Assembly (NCBI GenBank): GCA_045655845.1
Contig: JAZOPX010000029.1
Span: 1-55,583 of the forward strand
Length of the DNA stretch: 55,583 bases
Reading direction: 5' to 3'
DNA from: Bacteroidaceae bacterium
Lineage (GTDB): Bacteria > Bacteroidota > Bacteroidia > Bacteroidales > Bacteroidaceae
This document shows, one piece after another, positions 38,461-46,776 of this stretch; the first letter of the stretch is position 1, and the number at the start of each line of letters is the position of its first letter. Both the position numbers and the translations under genes were made by a program. The notes under the pieces are model-generated. The model was given only the letters and a program-made list of their open reading frames with translations. It did no database searches and was not told the DNA's origin.

Positions 38461-38500
38461 GCGATAGGGGACCATTGAGGTTTTCCTATCGCTTTTCTTA
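38461..38500 (+). terminator. Rho-independent terminator of malQ
   Basis: GCGATAGG (38461-38468) pairs with CCTATCGC (38485-38492), followed by TTTTCTTA. Confidence 0.65.
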
Positions 38501-38536
38501 TTATTAGCTGTAATCTTGATGTTTTACCCATAGTCT

Positions 38537-38625
38537 CTGTCATCCCGAGCGTAGAGAGGGATTACGTGTAGGGACTATGCCAGGGCACTTTGCGAAATCC
38601 TTCACTTTTTTCAGGATGACAAAGG
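38537..38625. repeat. REP/MITE-like composite of two inverted hairpin units (TGTCATCC...GGATGACA termini)
   Basis: Unit A at 38538-38562 is tgtcatCCCgagcgtagagaGGGat. Unit B at 38585-38625 has the reverse complement cctttgtcatcctgaaaaaagtgaaggatttcgcaaagtgc. A third copy lies at 55312-55348. Confidence 0.7.
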
Positions 38626-38702
38626 CTTTAGTGTTTTTGCATTAGACTATGGACTTTAGTCTATTAGTGCTTTGTTGTTGTCGGATAGAAAGAGGAACTT
38701 CT

Positions 38703-38812
38703 CTCTTCGCGGAGAAAATATGAAGTCATCGCGGAGGTGTATGACTCTCATCGCGGAGATGTTATCGTGTCATCGCGGAGATTGGTGTTTGTCTTCGCGG
38801 AGAAAAGTTGTT
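38703..38812 (+). promoter_or_regulatory. Five direct iterons with core TCGCGGAG at an exact 22-bp period
   Basis: The cores lie at 38707, 38729, 38751, 38773 and 38795. The units read ctctTCGCGGAGaaaa, gtcaTCGCGGAGgtgt, ctcaTCGCGGAGatgt, gtcaTCGCGGAGattg and gtctTCGCGGAGaaaa. The array is about 150 bp upstream of the PUL promoter. Confidence 0.6.
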
Positions 38813-38959
38813 TTTTCTATATGCTTCCAGATGAATTGATATGGTGAGTTGTGATTTTAGATAGTTAAGACCGGGACGTTGTGGTATCTTGATTTTAGCA
38901 AAAAATATCCCCTGAGATAGCCTGTGGTAGGATTTTTTAAGAAAAATGCGCAGAAAATA

Positions 38960-38991
38960 TTTGGTTATGTATAATAATAATAATAATTTTG
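38960..38991 (+). promoter_or_regulatory. Bacteroidota promoter for the starch PUL: -33 TTTG plus -7 TAATTTTG
   Basis: TTTG lies at 38960-38963 and TAATTTTG at 38984-38991, a 20-nt spacing. The box is 53 nt upstream of the ATG at 39044. Confidence 0.5.
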
Positions 38992-39043
38992 CACTGCTGA
39001 ACAAAGCAAAATCTAATACACAACACACATACAATTTGGTATC

Positions 39044-40351
39044 ATGACTAAGGGAAAGTTGACGTTCTGGCAGTTATGGAACATTAGCCTCGGTTTCTTC
39101 GGGGTACAGATTGCTTACTCTTTGCAGAGTGCAAACATCAGCCGTATTTTCGCAACATTGGGCGCAGACCCTCATGACTTGAGTTATTTCTGGATACTTC
39201 CTCCATTGATGGGTATGGTGGTACAACCTCTCGTGGGTAAGTATAGTGACAAGACATGGTGTCGCTTTGGCCGCCGTATCCCCTACCTTGTGGTGGGCTC
39301 GTTCGTGGCCATTCTGGTGATGTGCCTGTTGCCCAATGCCGGTAGCTTCGGCTTTGCTGTGGGTGGCGCTATGATCTTTGGTCTCGTGGCACTCATGTTG
39401 CTCGACACCTCTATTAATATGGCGATGCAGCCCTTCAAGATGTTGGTAGGCGACATGGTCAATGAGGAGCAGAAGGGTAAAGCCTATTCTATCCAGAGCT
39501 TCCTGTGCAATGCAGGTAGCTTGGTGGGCTATATCTTCCCCTTCCTCTTTGCTTGGGTGGGGCTGTCCAATACGGCTCCCGAGGGAGAGATACCCGATAC
39601 GGTGAAGTATGCCTTTTACATTGGTTCAGCCATCCTTATTCTCTGTGTGCTCTTCACGAGTATTAAGGTGAAGGAGATGCCTCCGAAGGAGTATGCCGAG
39701 TTTCATGGCATCGACCCTAATGCAGCTACAGCCGAGGCTCCAGGTATGTTGACTTTGCTAAAGAATGCTCCCAATGCCTTCTGGACGGTGGGACTTGTGC
39801 AGTTCTTCTGTTGGGCAGCCTTCATGTATATGTGGACCTATACCAATGGGGCCATTGCCGATACCGTATGGGGTACTACCGACGTGCGTTCGGCAGGATA
39901 TCAGGATGCGGGCAACTGGGTCGGAGTCCTTTTTGCCGTGCAGGCTATCGGCTCCATGTTGTGGGCGCTGCTTATCCCTAAGTTCAAGAATATCAAGACG
40001 GCCTATGTCGTTAGCCTCCTGTTGGGTGCTGTCGGCTTCGCTTCCGTGTACTTCATTCATGACCAGCACCTGCTCTTCGTGTCGTTCCTCCTTATTGGCG
40101 CTGCGTGGGCAGCCATGTTGGCCATACCTTTCACCTTGCTGACAAACTCGTTGTCGGGTGAGCATATCGGCACCTACCTGGGCTTGTTCAATGGCACTAT
40201 ATGTCTGCCCCAGATTGTAGCTGCAGCTTGCGGAGGCCTATTGCTGAAGGCTGTAGGAGGTAGTCAGGTGAGCATGTTCATCGTCGCAGGAGTACTGCTT
40301 GTGTTGGGAGCGGTGTCTGTATACCTCATCAGAGAGAAGAAAGCAAAGTAA
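39044..40351 (+). CDS. MFS/GPH-type sugar transporter, the likely inner-membrane maltooligosaccharide importer
   Basis: It has 12 predicted TM segments. It starts KLTFWQLWNISLGFFGVQIAYSLQ and has an R-rich loop DKTWCRFGRRIPY, like the SLC45/GPH transporters found in Bacteroidota starch PULs. Confidence 0.85.
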   Translation: MTKGKLTFWQLWNISLGFFGVQIAYSLQSANISRIFATLGADPHDLSYFWILPPLMGMVVQPLVGKYSDKTWCRFGRRIPYLVVGSFVAILVMCLLPNAGSFGFAVGGAMIFGLVALMLLDTSINMAMQPFKMLVGDMVNEEQKGKAYSIQSFLCNAGSLVGYIFPFLFAWVGLSNTAPEGEIPDTVKYAFYIGSAILILCVLFTSIKVKEMPPKEYAEFHGIDPNAATAEAPGMLTLLKNAPNAFWTVGLVQFFCWAAFMYMWTYTNGAIADTVWGTTDVRSAGYQDAGNWVGVLFAVQAIGSMLWALLIPKFKNIKTAYVVSLLLGAVGFASVYFIHDQHLLFVSFLLIGAAWAAMLAIPFTLLTNSLSGEHIGTYLGLFNGTICLPQIVAAACGGLLLKAVGGSQVSMFIVAGVLLVLGAVSVYLIREKKAK

Positions 40352-40374
40352 ATACTCATCTTTAATATCATACC

Positions 40375-43344
40375 ATGAAAAGGATTTCTTTATTATTTGT
40401 AGGACTGATGTTATCAGTTCTGGCGTCCACACAGGTATTTGCTCAAGGCAAGTACAAGGTCGAGGGTGTTGTCTACGACGACATGGGACCTGCCATGGGT
40501 GTTAGCGTAGTGGAGAAGGGTACTGCAAATGGTGTTGCCACAGGTTTTGATGGTGACTTCTCATTTATGGTATCAGGACCTAACGCTATCATTGAGATTC
40601 GTTATGTCGGTTACACGACTCAGAGTTTCAAGGCATCTGAGCTGCCCAAACAGATTACATTGAGCGAGGATGCCGTATCGCTTACCGACGTTGTCGTGAT
40701 CGGTTATGGTTCGCAGAAGAAGAAGGAGGTGACCGGTTCGGTCGCTTCAGTCAAGTCTGAGGACTTCAATGTCGGTGTCAAGTCAAGCCCCATAGGCTTG
40801 CTACAGGGTAAGGTGGCTGGTTTGAACGTTATCCGCACGACCTCTGACCCCACATCTACAGATTATAACATTCAGATTCGCGGTTTCTCTACGCTTGACA
40901 AGGGTGTTGGTACATCACCTTTGTTTATTGTCGATGGAGTGCCCGTGAGCAATATTGACAACATCTCACCCAATGAGATTGCCTCTATGGATGTGCTCAA
41001 GGATGGTTCAGCTGCTGCTATCTATGGTACCCGTGGTACCAATGGCGTCATCATCATTACTACCAAGCGTGGCGAGGCTTTCTCTGATGTTGCTACCACT
41101 CGCGTAGAGTATGATGGCTATGTGTCGGCTTCGGTGCGCAATGGTGACACCGGAATGGCTACTGCCGAGGAGTTCCGCAACTTAGGCGCACTCTCCCATG
41201 GAGCCGTCAGCCCTGTGATTCAGTCCGATGAGAATACCGATTGGATGGACGCGTTATGTCGCGATATGGCTATTGCCCACAATCACAATGTGGCAATCTC
41301 GGGCTCATCCAGCAAGTTCAACTATCGTGCAGCACTTACCTATAAGGATGCACAGGGTATTGCCAAGAACTCAAATCGTGAGGAGTTCATCGGTAAGCTC
41401 GCCGCCTCACAGAAGGCACTCGATGGTTGGTTAGAGTTGCAGTATGACCTTTCATATATGCACTATCGCAACGATTACTTCTGTGGCGACTTCAAGCAGG
41501 CTGCAATCATGAATCCTACCTATCCTATATATGACCCCTCTACTCCCAATGGCTTCTTCATGCCACAAGGTACAGGATTGTCTAATCCCGTGGAGCAGAT
41601 GATGCAGAAGGAGTCATATAAGAATGGTAACTACTTCCGTGGTTCGGTAAAAGCTACTGTAAATGTAAAACCCGTGAAGGGTACGCTTCGCATCAATGGA
41701 TTTGCGGCAATCGAAGAGGGTGACAACCGTTCTTATTGGTACAATAATGTCATCAATACCAACCTTGCAGGTTCAGGCAAGGCTGGTAGAGATAACGACA
41801 TGAGCTTCAGCAAGCTTTTCGAACTCACTGCAGACTATATGCGTACCTTTGGAGACCATAGCATCGCTACAGTAGCAGGTGTGTCATACCAGAACTTCTT
41901 GTATGATAGTAGCAAGATTGCCAATAAGGGTTTCCCGACCGATGATGCCAAGTATTATCAGATTGGTAATGGTGATGCTTCGAAGGATTATCTTGATGTA
42001 AGTTCATACCGCAATTCTAATACGCTTGCTGCGGCTTTCTTCCGTGCCAACTATAACTATGCAGACAAGTATCTGCTCTCAGCTTCGGTACGTCGCGAAG
42101 GCTCTTCACGCTTTGGTGCCAATAACAAGTGGGGTTGGTTCCCCGCAGTGAGTTTGGGATGGAGAATCAGCGGTGAGGACTTCATGCGCTACCAAGACTG
42201 GTGCAACGACTTGAAACTCCGTGCTGGTTTCGGTGTTACAGGTAACAACCTCGGTTCTGACCTTCGCTCAGTAGCCATGCTTTCTAATAGTGGAACATTC
42301 TGGTATAATGGTCAGTATGTATATACCTATGGTGTAAGCCAAAACGTGAACCCCGATCTTCGGTGGGAAAAGAAATATGAATATAACCTTGGTTTTGACT
42401 ACGCTTTCTGGAATAATCGTGTCTATGGTAGTCTTGATACCTATTATCGTCAGACACGTGACCTCCTTTGGGACTATGAGGTGCCCACACCACCTTACCA
42501 GTATACGACGTTGCTGGCGAATGCAGGACAGATGGATAGCTATGGTGCAGAGCTCGCTATTAGTGTAGTTCCTGTACGTACTAAAGAATTTAGTTGGGTT
42601 ACTACACCTACTATCTCTTACAACAAGAACTATATCACCAAACTCTCTGACCCCTCAAAGGGCTTCAACTACAAGGAAACGACATCGGGTGGAGTAGGAG
42701 AGAATGGTATTATGAATACCAATACGCAGATTCTGACCGAGGGACACCCCGTAGGTGCATTCTATGGCTACAAGTTTGCGGGTTTCAAGAAGGATGGTAC
42801 ATGGATGTTCCAGACACCTGCAGGTGGTTATAAGGATGGTGGTACAGTATCTGAAATAGATCGTCAGGTTATCGGTAGTGCACAGCCTTGGTTCACTTTT
42901 GGATGGAACAATATGTTGAAGTATAAGAACTTTGATCTTGCTCTATTCTTCCGTGGTGTTGTAGGAAACAAGATTCTCAACCTTACACGTTGGGCTTATG
43001 GTCCACAGGCTTCGCAGTCTTCTAATGTCTTCATCAAGGATGCTGTGGGTAGTAACGTAATCTATTCAGATAAGGGACACTTCTCAGACTATTATCTTGA
43101 GGATGGTTCATACGTGAAGCTTGACAATGTGACTCTGGGTTATAACTTCAAGCCAAAGACCAACAAGTATGTTGAGAATATGAGAGTATACTTTACTGGA
43201 CAGAATCTGCTCACTCTTACCAAGTATAGTGGTCAGGATCCTGAGGTGAATACCACTAGCATATGGGATGCAGGTATTGACAAATGCGACTTCTATCCTA
43301 CGGTAGCTAACATACTTATTGGAGTTAATATTAGCCTTAAATAA
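40375..43344 (+). CDS. susC: SusC/RagA-family TonB-dependent outer-membrane transporter
   Basis: It has a signal peptide, a CarboxypepD_reg-like region (KVEGVVYDDMGPAMGVSVVEKGT), a plug (DVVVIGYGSQKKKEVTGSV, DIASMDVLKDGSAAAIYGTRGTNGVIIITTKRG) and a C-terminal barrel ending in F/Y-rich strands. Confidence 0.95.
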   Translation: MKRISLLFVGLMLSVLASTQVFAQGKYKVEGVVYDDMGPAMGVSVVEKGTANGVATGFDGDFSFMVSGPNAIIEIRYVGYTTQSFKASELPKQITLSEDAVSLTDVVVIGYGSQKKKEVTGSVASVKSEDFNVGVKSSPIGLLQGKVAGLNVIRTTSDPTSTDYNIQIRGFSTLDKGVGTSPLFIVDGVPVSNIDNISPNEIASMDVLKDGSAAAIYGTRGTNGVIIITTKRGEAFSDVATTRVEYDGYVSASVRNGDTGMATAEEFRNLGALSHGAVSPVIQSDENTDWMDALCRDMAIAHNHNVAISGSSSKFNYRAALTYKDAQGIAKNSNREEFIGKLAASQKALDGWLELQYDLSYMHYRNDYFCGDFKQAAIMNPTYPIYDPSTPNGFFMPQGTGLSNPVEQMMQKESYKNGNYFRGSVKATVNVKPVKGTLRINGFAAIEEGDNRSYWYNNVINTNLAGSGKAGRDNDMSFSKLFELTADYMRTFGDHSIATVAGVSYQNFLYDSSKIANKGFPTDDAKYYQIGNGDASKDYLDVSSYRNSNTLAAAFFRANYNYADKYLLSASVRREGSSRFGANNKWGWFPAVSLGWRISGEDFMRYQDWCNDLKLRAGFGVTGNNLGSDLRSVAMLSNSGTFWYNGQYVYTYGVSQNVNPDLRWEKKYEYNLGFDYAFWNNRVYGSLDTYYRQTRDLLWDYEVPTPPYQYTTLLANAGQMDSYGAELAISVVPVRTKEFSWVTTPTISYNKNYITKLSDPSKGFNYKETTSGGVGENGIMNTNTQILTEGHPVGAFYGYKFAGFKKDGTWMFQTPAGGYKDGGTVSEIDRQVIGSAQPWFTFGWNNMLKYKNFDLALFFRGVVGNKILNLTRWAYGPQASQSSNVFIKDAVGSNVIYSDKGHFSDYYLEDGSYVKLDNVTLGYNFKPKTNKYVENMRVYFTGQNLLTLTKYSGQDPEVNTTSIWDAGIDKCDFYPTVANILIGVNISLK

Positions 43345-43358
43345 AAAGACCATATATT

Positions 43359-45218
43359 ATGAAAAAGATAGTTATCACTTTAGCTTCGATGCTCGCTCTT
43401 GTAGCGATGACCTCTTGTGAGGATTTGCTCGATGAAAAGAATTATGGAAATCCCACAGTCGATTCCATGATGAGTGCTGAGGAGAATGTCGTTCTTCTTG
43501 TAGGACAGGCCTATGCTGACACGAAATGGCTGCACGACCACTGGGGATATTGGGGAGTAGCATCATTAACTTCGGATGAATGTGTGTGCCCTGTTCGTAT
43601 GCCTGGTGAGCACTGGAAAGACAATTATTATTGGACCCGCTTGAACAACCATAACTGGAACTGGATGGGCGATGCCTTCAAGAATATTTGGAACACGACC
43701 ATCTCAGGTGCAGTGCTTTGTAACAAGTTGCTCACCACTTTGGCGGATGCACAGGAATCAATGAGTCCCGAAGTATATGCTCAATATGTGGGTGAACTTG
43801 AGGTGCTCCGCTCGTACTACTACTACATGTTGTTCGATTGCTTTGGACGCATACCTTATCTTGAGGAGTTTGTTGACAAGACAGAACCCCTTATGGAGCC
43901 CGAACAGGTGTGGTCACATCTGGTTAATTGCCTTGAACGTAATGCACCTAACATGGCAGTAGTTACTGATGCCAATCGTACTGCTAACTATGGTCGCGTA
44001 ACACAAGGTTTTGCTTATGCACTTTTGGCACGTCTCTACTTGAATGCAGAATCGTTTGGATGTACTCCCGAGAACATCAGTTTGAGCAATAATAAAGATT
44101 ACAGAGAAGGTTTTGTAAGTATACAGTCTCCTGCTGATTTTTATACCAATGCCGTTGCGTGTTGCGATATGGTAATTGATAAAGGCTCTTATAGCATCGA
44201 AGACGATTGGTTTGCCAATTTCAAGATTGACAATAGCGCTTCAAAGGAGAATATCTTTGTTATCGTAGAGAATGGTAATGGTGAGTTTGACCTTCGCTAT
44301 ATCGGTAGCATGTCAAATAAGTTGCGTGTTCCCATCCTTACACTTCACTATTCACACCAATCCGTGTATGATATGGTAGAGAAGCCTTGGAATGGCTTCG
44401 CAGCTCGTCCAGGATTTATGGAACGTTATAATGAAAAGGATCTCCGTGGTCCTGGTCCCATCCCTCCTGATGCTCCCGAGCCTCCCGCTCGTCCTAACAA
44501 GATGACCGATGCAGAGTTGGCTGAATATAATAAGTTGCTTGAAACGGAGTATCATGGTCCGCTTAAGGAGTATGCTAAGACCGTGCAGCAGTATGGTACG
44601 CAGAGTGCTAAGCAGTGGGGTTGGTTCATAGGTCCGGTCTTCGATAAGAATGGTGAGATTATCCTTGACGAGAATAAAATTGGTTCAATTTGCCGTATTG
44701 AGATTGCTTCGCTTGAGGCTGCCAACTGGTACGATGGAGCTCGTTGTACCAAGTATGAAGTGGATAAGGCCGGACAATACCAATATGCCGAGAACGACTT
44801 TGTGCTGATGCGCTATGCTGATGTGCTCTGGATGAAGGAGGAGGCTATTCTACGTGGTGGCACCGGAACCTCTGGATTCGACACTCCCGACTTCCAGAAA
44901 ATGTTGACGCGCACAATGGCTTACGAGCAAAATCCCAAGGAAGCATTTGCTGCCGCCTATCCCGGTGTCATGACTTTGCAGCTCGAAGATATTCTCGACG
45001 AACGTGGCCGTGAGTTTGCCTGGGAGTGTGTACGTCGTCGCGACCTTATCCGTTTCGGTAAGTTTGCCGATAGCGACTATGTAGACTACGTTACTGCAAA
45101 GCAGAAGTTCCGTGAGTGGTTCCCTATCCCTTATTCTGTGCTTGAGAAGTCCAAGATCAATGAGGAGACAGGCGAACGTTACTGGAAGCAGAACGAAGGA
45201 TACGATGATATTCCATAA
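43359..45218 (+). CDS. susD: SusD/RagB-family nutrient-binding outer-membrane lipoprotein
   Basis: It has a lipoprotein signal (VAMTSCEDLLDE) and SusD-like TPR helices (RSYYYYMLFDCFGRIPY, RAEAILRGG-like MKEEAILRGG). It starts 14 nt after susC. Confidence 0.95.
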   Translation: MKKIVITLASMLALVAMTSCEDLLDEKNYGNPTVDSMMSAEENVVLLVGQAYADTKWLHDHWGYWGVASLTSDECVCPVRMPGEHWKDNYYWTRLNNHNWNWMGDAFKNIWNTTISGAVLCNKLLTTLADAQESMSPEVYAQYVGELEVLRSYYYYMLFDCFGRIPYLEEFVDKTEPLMEPEQVWSHLVNCLERNAPNMAVVTDANRTANYGRVTQGFAYALLARLYLNAESFGCTPENISLSNNKDYREGFVSIQSPADFYTNAVACCDMVIDKGSYSIEDDWFANFKIDNSASKENIFVIVENGNGEFDLRYIGSMSNKLRVPILTLHYSHQSVYDMVEKPWNGFAARPGFMERYNEKDLRGPGPIPPDAPEPPARPNKMTDAELAEYNKLLETEYHGPLKEYAKTVQQYGTQSAKQWGWFIGPVFDKNGEIILDENKIGSICRIEIASLEAANWYDGARCTKYEVDKAGQYQYAENDFVLMRYADVLWMKEEAILRGGTGTSGFDTPDFQKMLTRTMAYEQNPKEAFAAAYPGVMTLQLEDILDERGREFAWECVRRRDLIRFGKFADSDYVDYVTAKQKFREWFPIPYSVLEKSKINEETGERYWKQNEGYDDIP

Positions 45219-45269
45219 ATAGAATTATATTTTTTATTAACTTATTGTTAAACTTAAAAATCAATTATT

Positions 45270-46691
45270 ATGAAAAAAGTATTGATGAGTATTAGTGCTA
45301 TTGCACTGATGTTTGCTGCAACGTCTTGTGAACCTGAAAATCAGGGCGGCGTAGACTTTGACGAGATTACTCTCGATGGTTTCTATGTGTATGGCGAGGC
45401 TACAGGATCTGAGGACATCACTGCCGACTATGGTATGGCTGCTGGCCTGAACGAGGTTACTGCTGAGAAACGCGGTGGTATGTACGAGAAGTACATTGTT
45501 CTGGAGGGTGGTAAGGAGTTTTTCCTTGTGCTTAACGAGGCTGGTGAATACACTAACTATGGTGCTGAGTTGAAGGATTATGATGTGAAGGAACTTGCAG
45601 ACAATCCTGTAGATTCAAATACCGTAGTAAAGCGTGGTGAACTCGTGGTTGGTGCCGATGCCCCTGCAATGAAGGTTGATAAGACTGGTCTCTATCACAT
45701 CGTGCTCGACCTTAACCTCGAAGGTGACTTGCTGTATCCGCAAATCGTTGTTTCTAACGTTGTTTGGGGTGTTCGTGGTGCTATGAATAGCTGGGGCTTC
45801 ACAGCATTTGATGCTGTAGGGGTAAATGCAAAGACCATGACATGGAAGATGGAGAATGTTGACATGCCTGCTAATGGTGAGTTCAAGTTCGCTTACGGCC
45901 ATGGTTGGAAGATTCAGCTCGACGATGCTGGTAATGTAAAGGCTAACACTAACCTTGGTATGGAGTCACTTCCCAATGGTGCAAACATTAAGGTTGAGAA
46001 GGCTGGTCTCTACACCATCACATTGACCTATAACCTTAAGGGTGGTGATATCGCAGCTGGTTACACCTTCACTACAGAGTGCACTAAGGAATCTACCGTT
46101 CCTACCGAATTGTACATGATTGGTCAGGACTTCGGCGGTTGGGCTTGGGATTCTGAAGGTGTAGTATCTCTTGTTCCTGTAAACGGACGTTCAGGCGCTT
46201 TCTGGACAACACGTTATATCACTGCTGCTAATGGCTTCAAGTTCTGTCCCGTGAAAGATTGGAAGGGTGATTTCTTCTCTCTCGGCAACGACTCTGGTTA
46301 TGAGGCTAAGGATGGCAACTGCTTCGTTGCAGAAGATGGTTTCTACACAATCTACGTTGACCTCGTAAACAACATCATCGCTATGGAGCCTGCTGCCGTT
46401 TACGGTATGGGTGACTGCTTCGGTGGTTGGGATGTAGCTAAGGAGGAGAATAAGTTTGTCGCTGAGGGCACCAAACTTGTTTCACCCGCTCTCGCAGCTG
46501 ATGGTAACGTACGCATGTACACTGCCGCTCCTGCTGTAATCACAGGCGTTGAATGGTGGCAGATGGAGTACAACGTATTCGATGGTGTTATCGTTTACCG
46601 TGGTGCTAATGGTGATCAGGCTGCTGTTCCTGCTACTGCAGGTCAGAAGGTAACTCTCGACTTCAACGCTGGTACAGGTTCTATTAAGTAA
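45270..46691 (+). CDS. SusE/SusF-like outer-membrane starch-binding lipoprotein
   Basis: It has a lipoprotein signal (FAATSCEPENQ) and repeated beta-sandwich modules with GxxNxWG/GGW motifs (VRGAMNSWGF, FGGWAWDS, FGGWDVAK). It occupies the position directly after susD. Confidence 0.7.
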   Translation: MKKVLMSISAIALMFAATSCEPENQGGVDFDEITLDGFYVYGEATGSEDITADYGMAAGLNEVTAEKRGGMYEKYIVLEGGKEFFLVLNEAGEYTNYGAELKDYDVKELADNPVDSNTVVKRGELVVGADAPAMKVDKTGLYHIVLDLNLEGDLLYPQIVVSNVVWGVRGAMNSWGFTAFDAVGVNAKTMTWKMENVDMPANGEFKFAYGHGWKIQLDDAGNVKANTNLGMESLPNGANIKVEKAGLYTITLTYNLKGGDIAAGYTFTTECTKESTVPTELYMIGQDFGGWAWDSEGVVSLVPVNGRSGAFWTTRYITAANGFKFCPVKDWKGDFFSLGNDSGYEAKDGNCFVAEDGFYTIYVDLVNNIIAMEPAAVYGMGDCFGGWDVAKEENKFVAEGTKLVSPALAADGNVRMYTAAPAVITGVEWWQMEYNVFDGVIVYRGANGDQAAVPATAGQKVTLDFNAGTGSIK

Positions 46692-46776
46692 TAGACTTTA
46701 ATCGGTAATCACAGGGGTGCCCTCAGTGGGTGCCCCTTTTGGCCTAAGGCCTTTGATCGGGCCTTAGGTCGCATAA

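Noticed and set aside
38727-38780. The 10-mer CATCGCGGAG in iterons 2 to 4 is identical to the leader plus first 7 nt of the tRNA-fMet gene (reverse complement of 2388-2397).
   Set aside because: Similarity stops immediately after the 10-mer, where the tRNA continues TGGAGC and the iterons do not. A single extra 10-mer match in about 111 kb of two-strand sequence is not improbable, so this is most likely chance.
38703-38812. Whether the regularly spaced repeats could be a CRISPR array.
   Set aside because: The repeat core is only 8-12 nt with 10-14-nt spacers at a 22-bp period, far below CRISPR dimensions. No cas genes are present in the window.
38762-39034. A 90-aa minus-strand ORF spanning the iteron array and the PUL promoter.
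   Set aside because: It reads through the 22-bp repeats in shifting frames, covers the AT-rich promoter, and has no plausible start context or motifs. I treat the region as non-coding.
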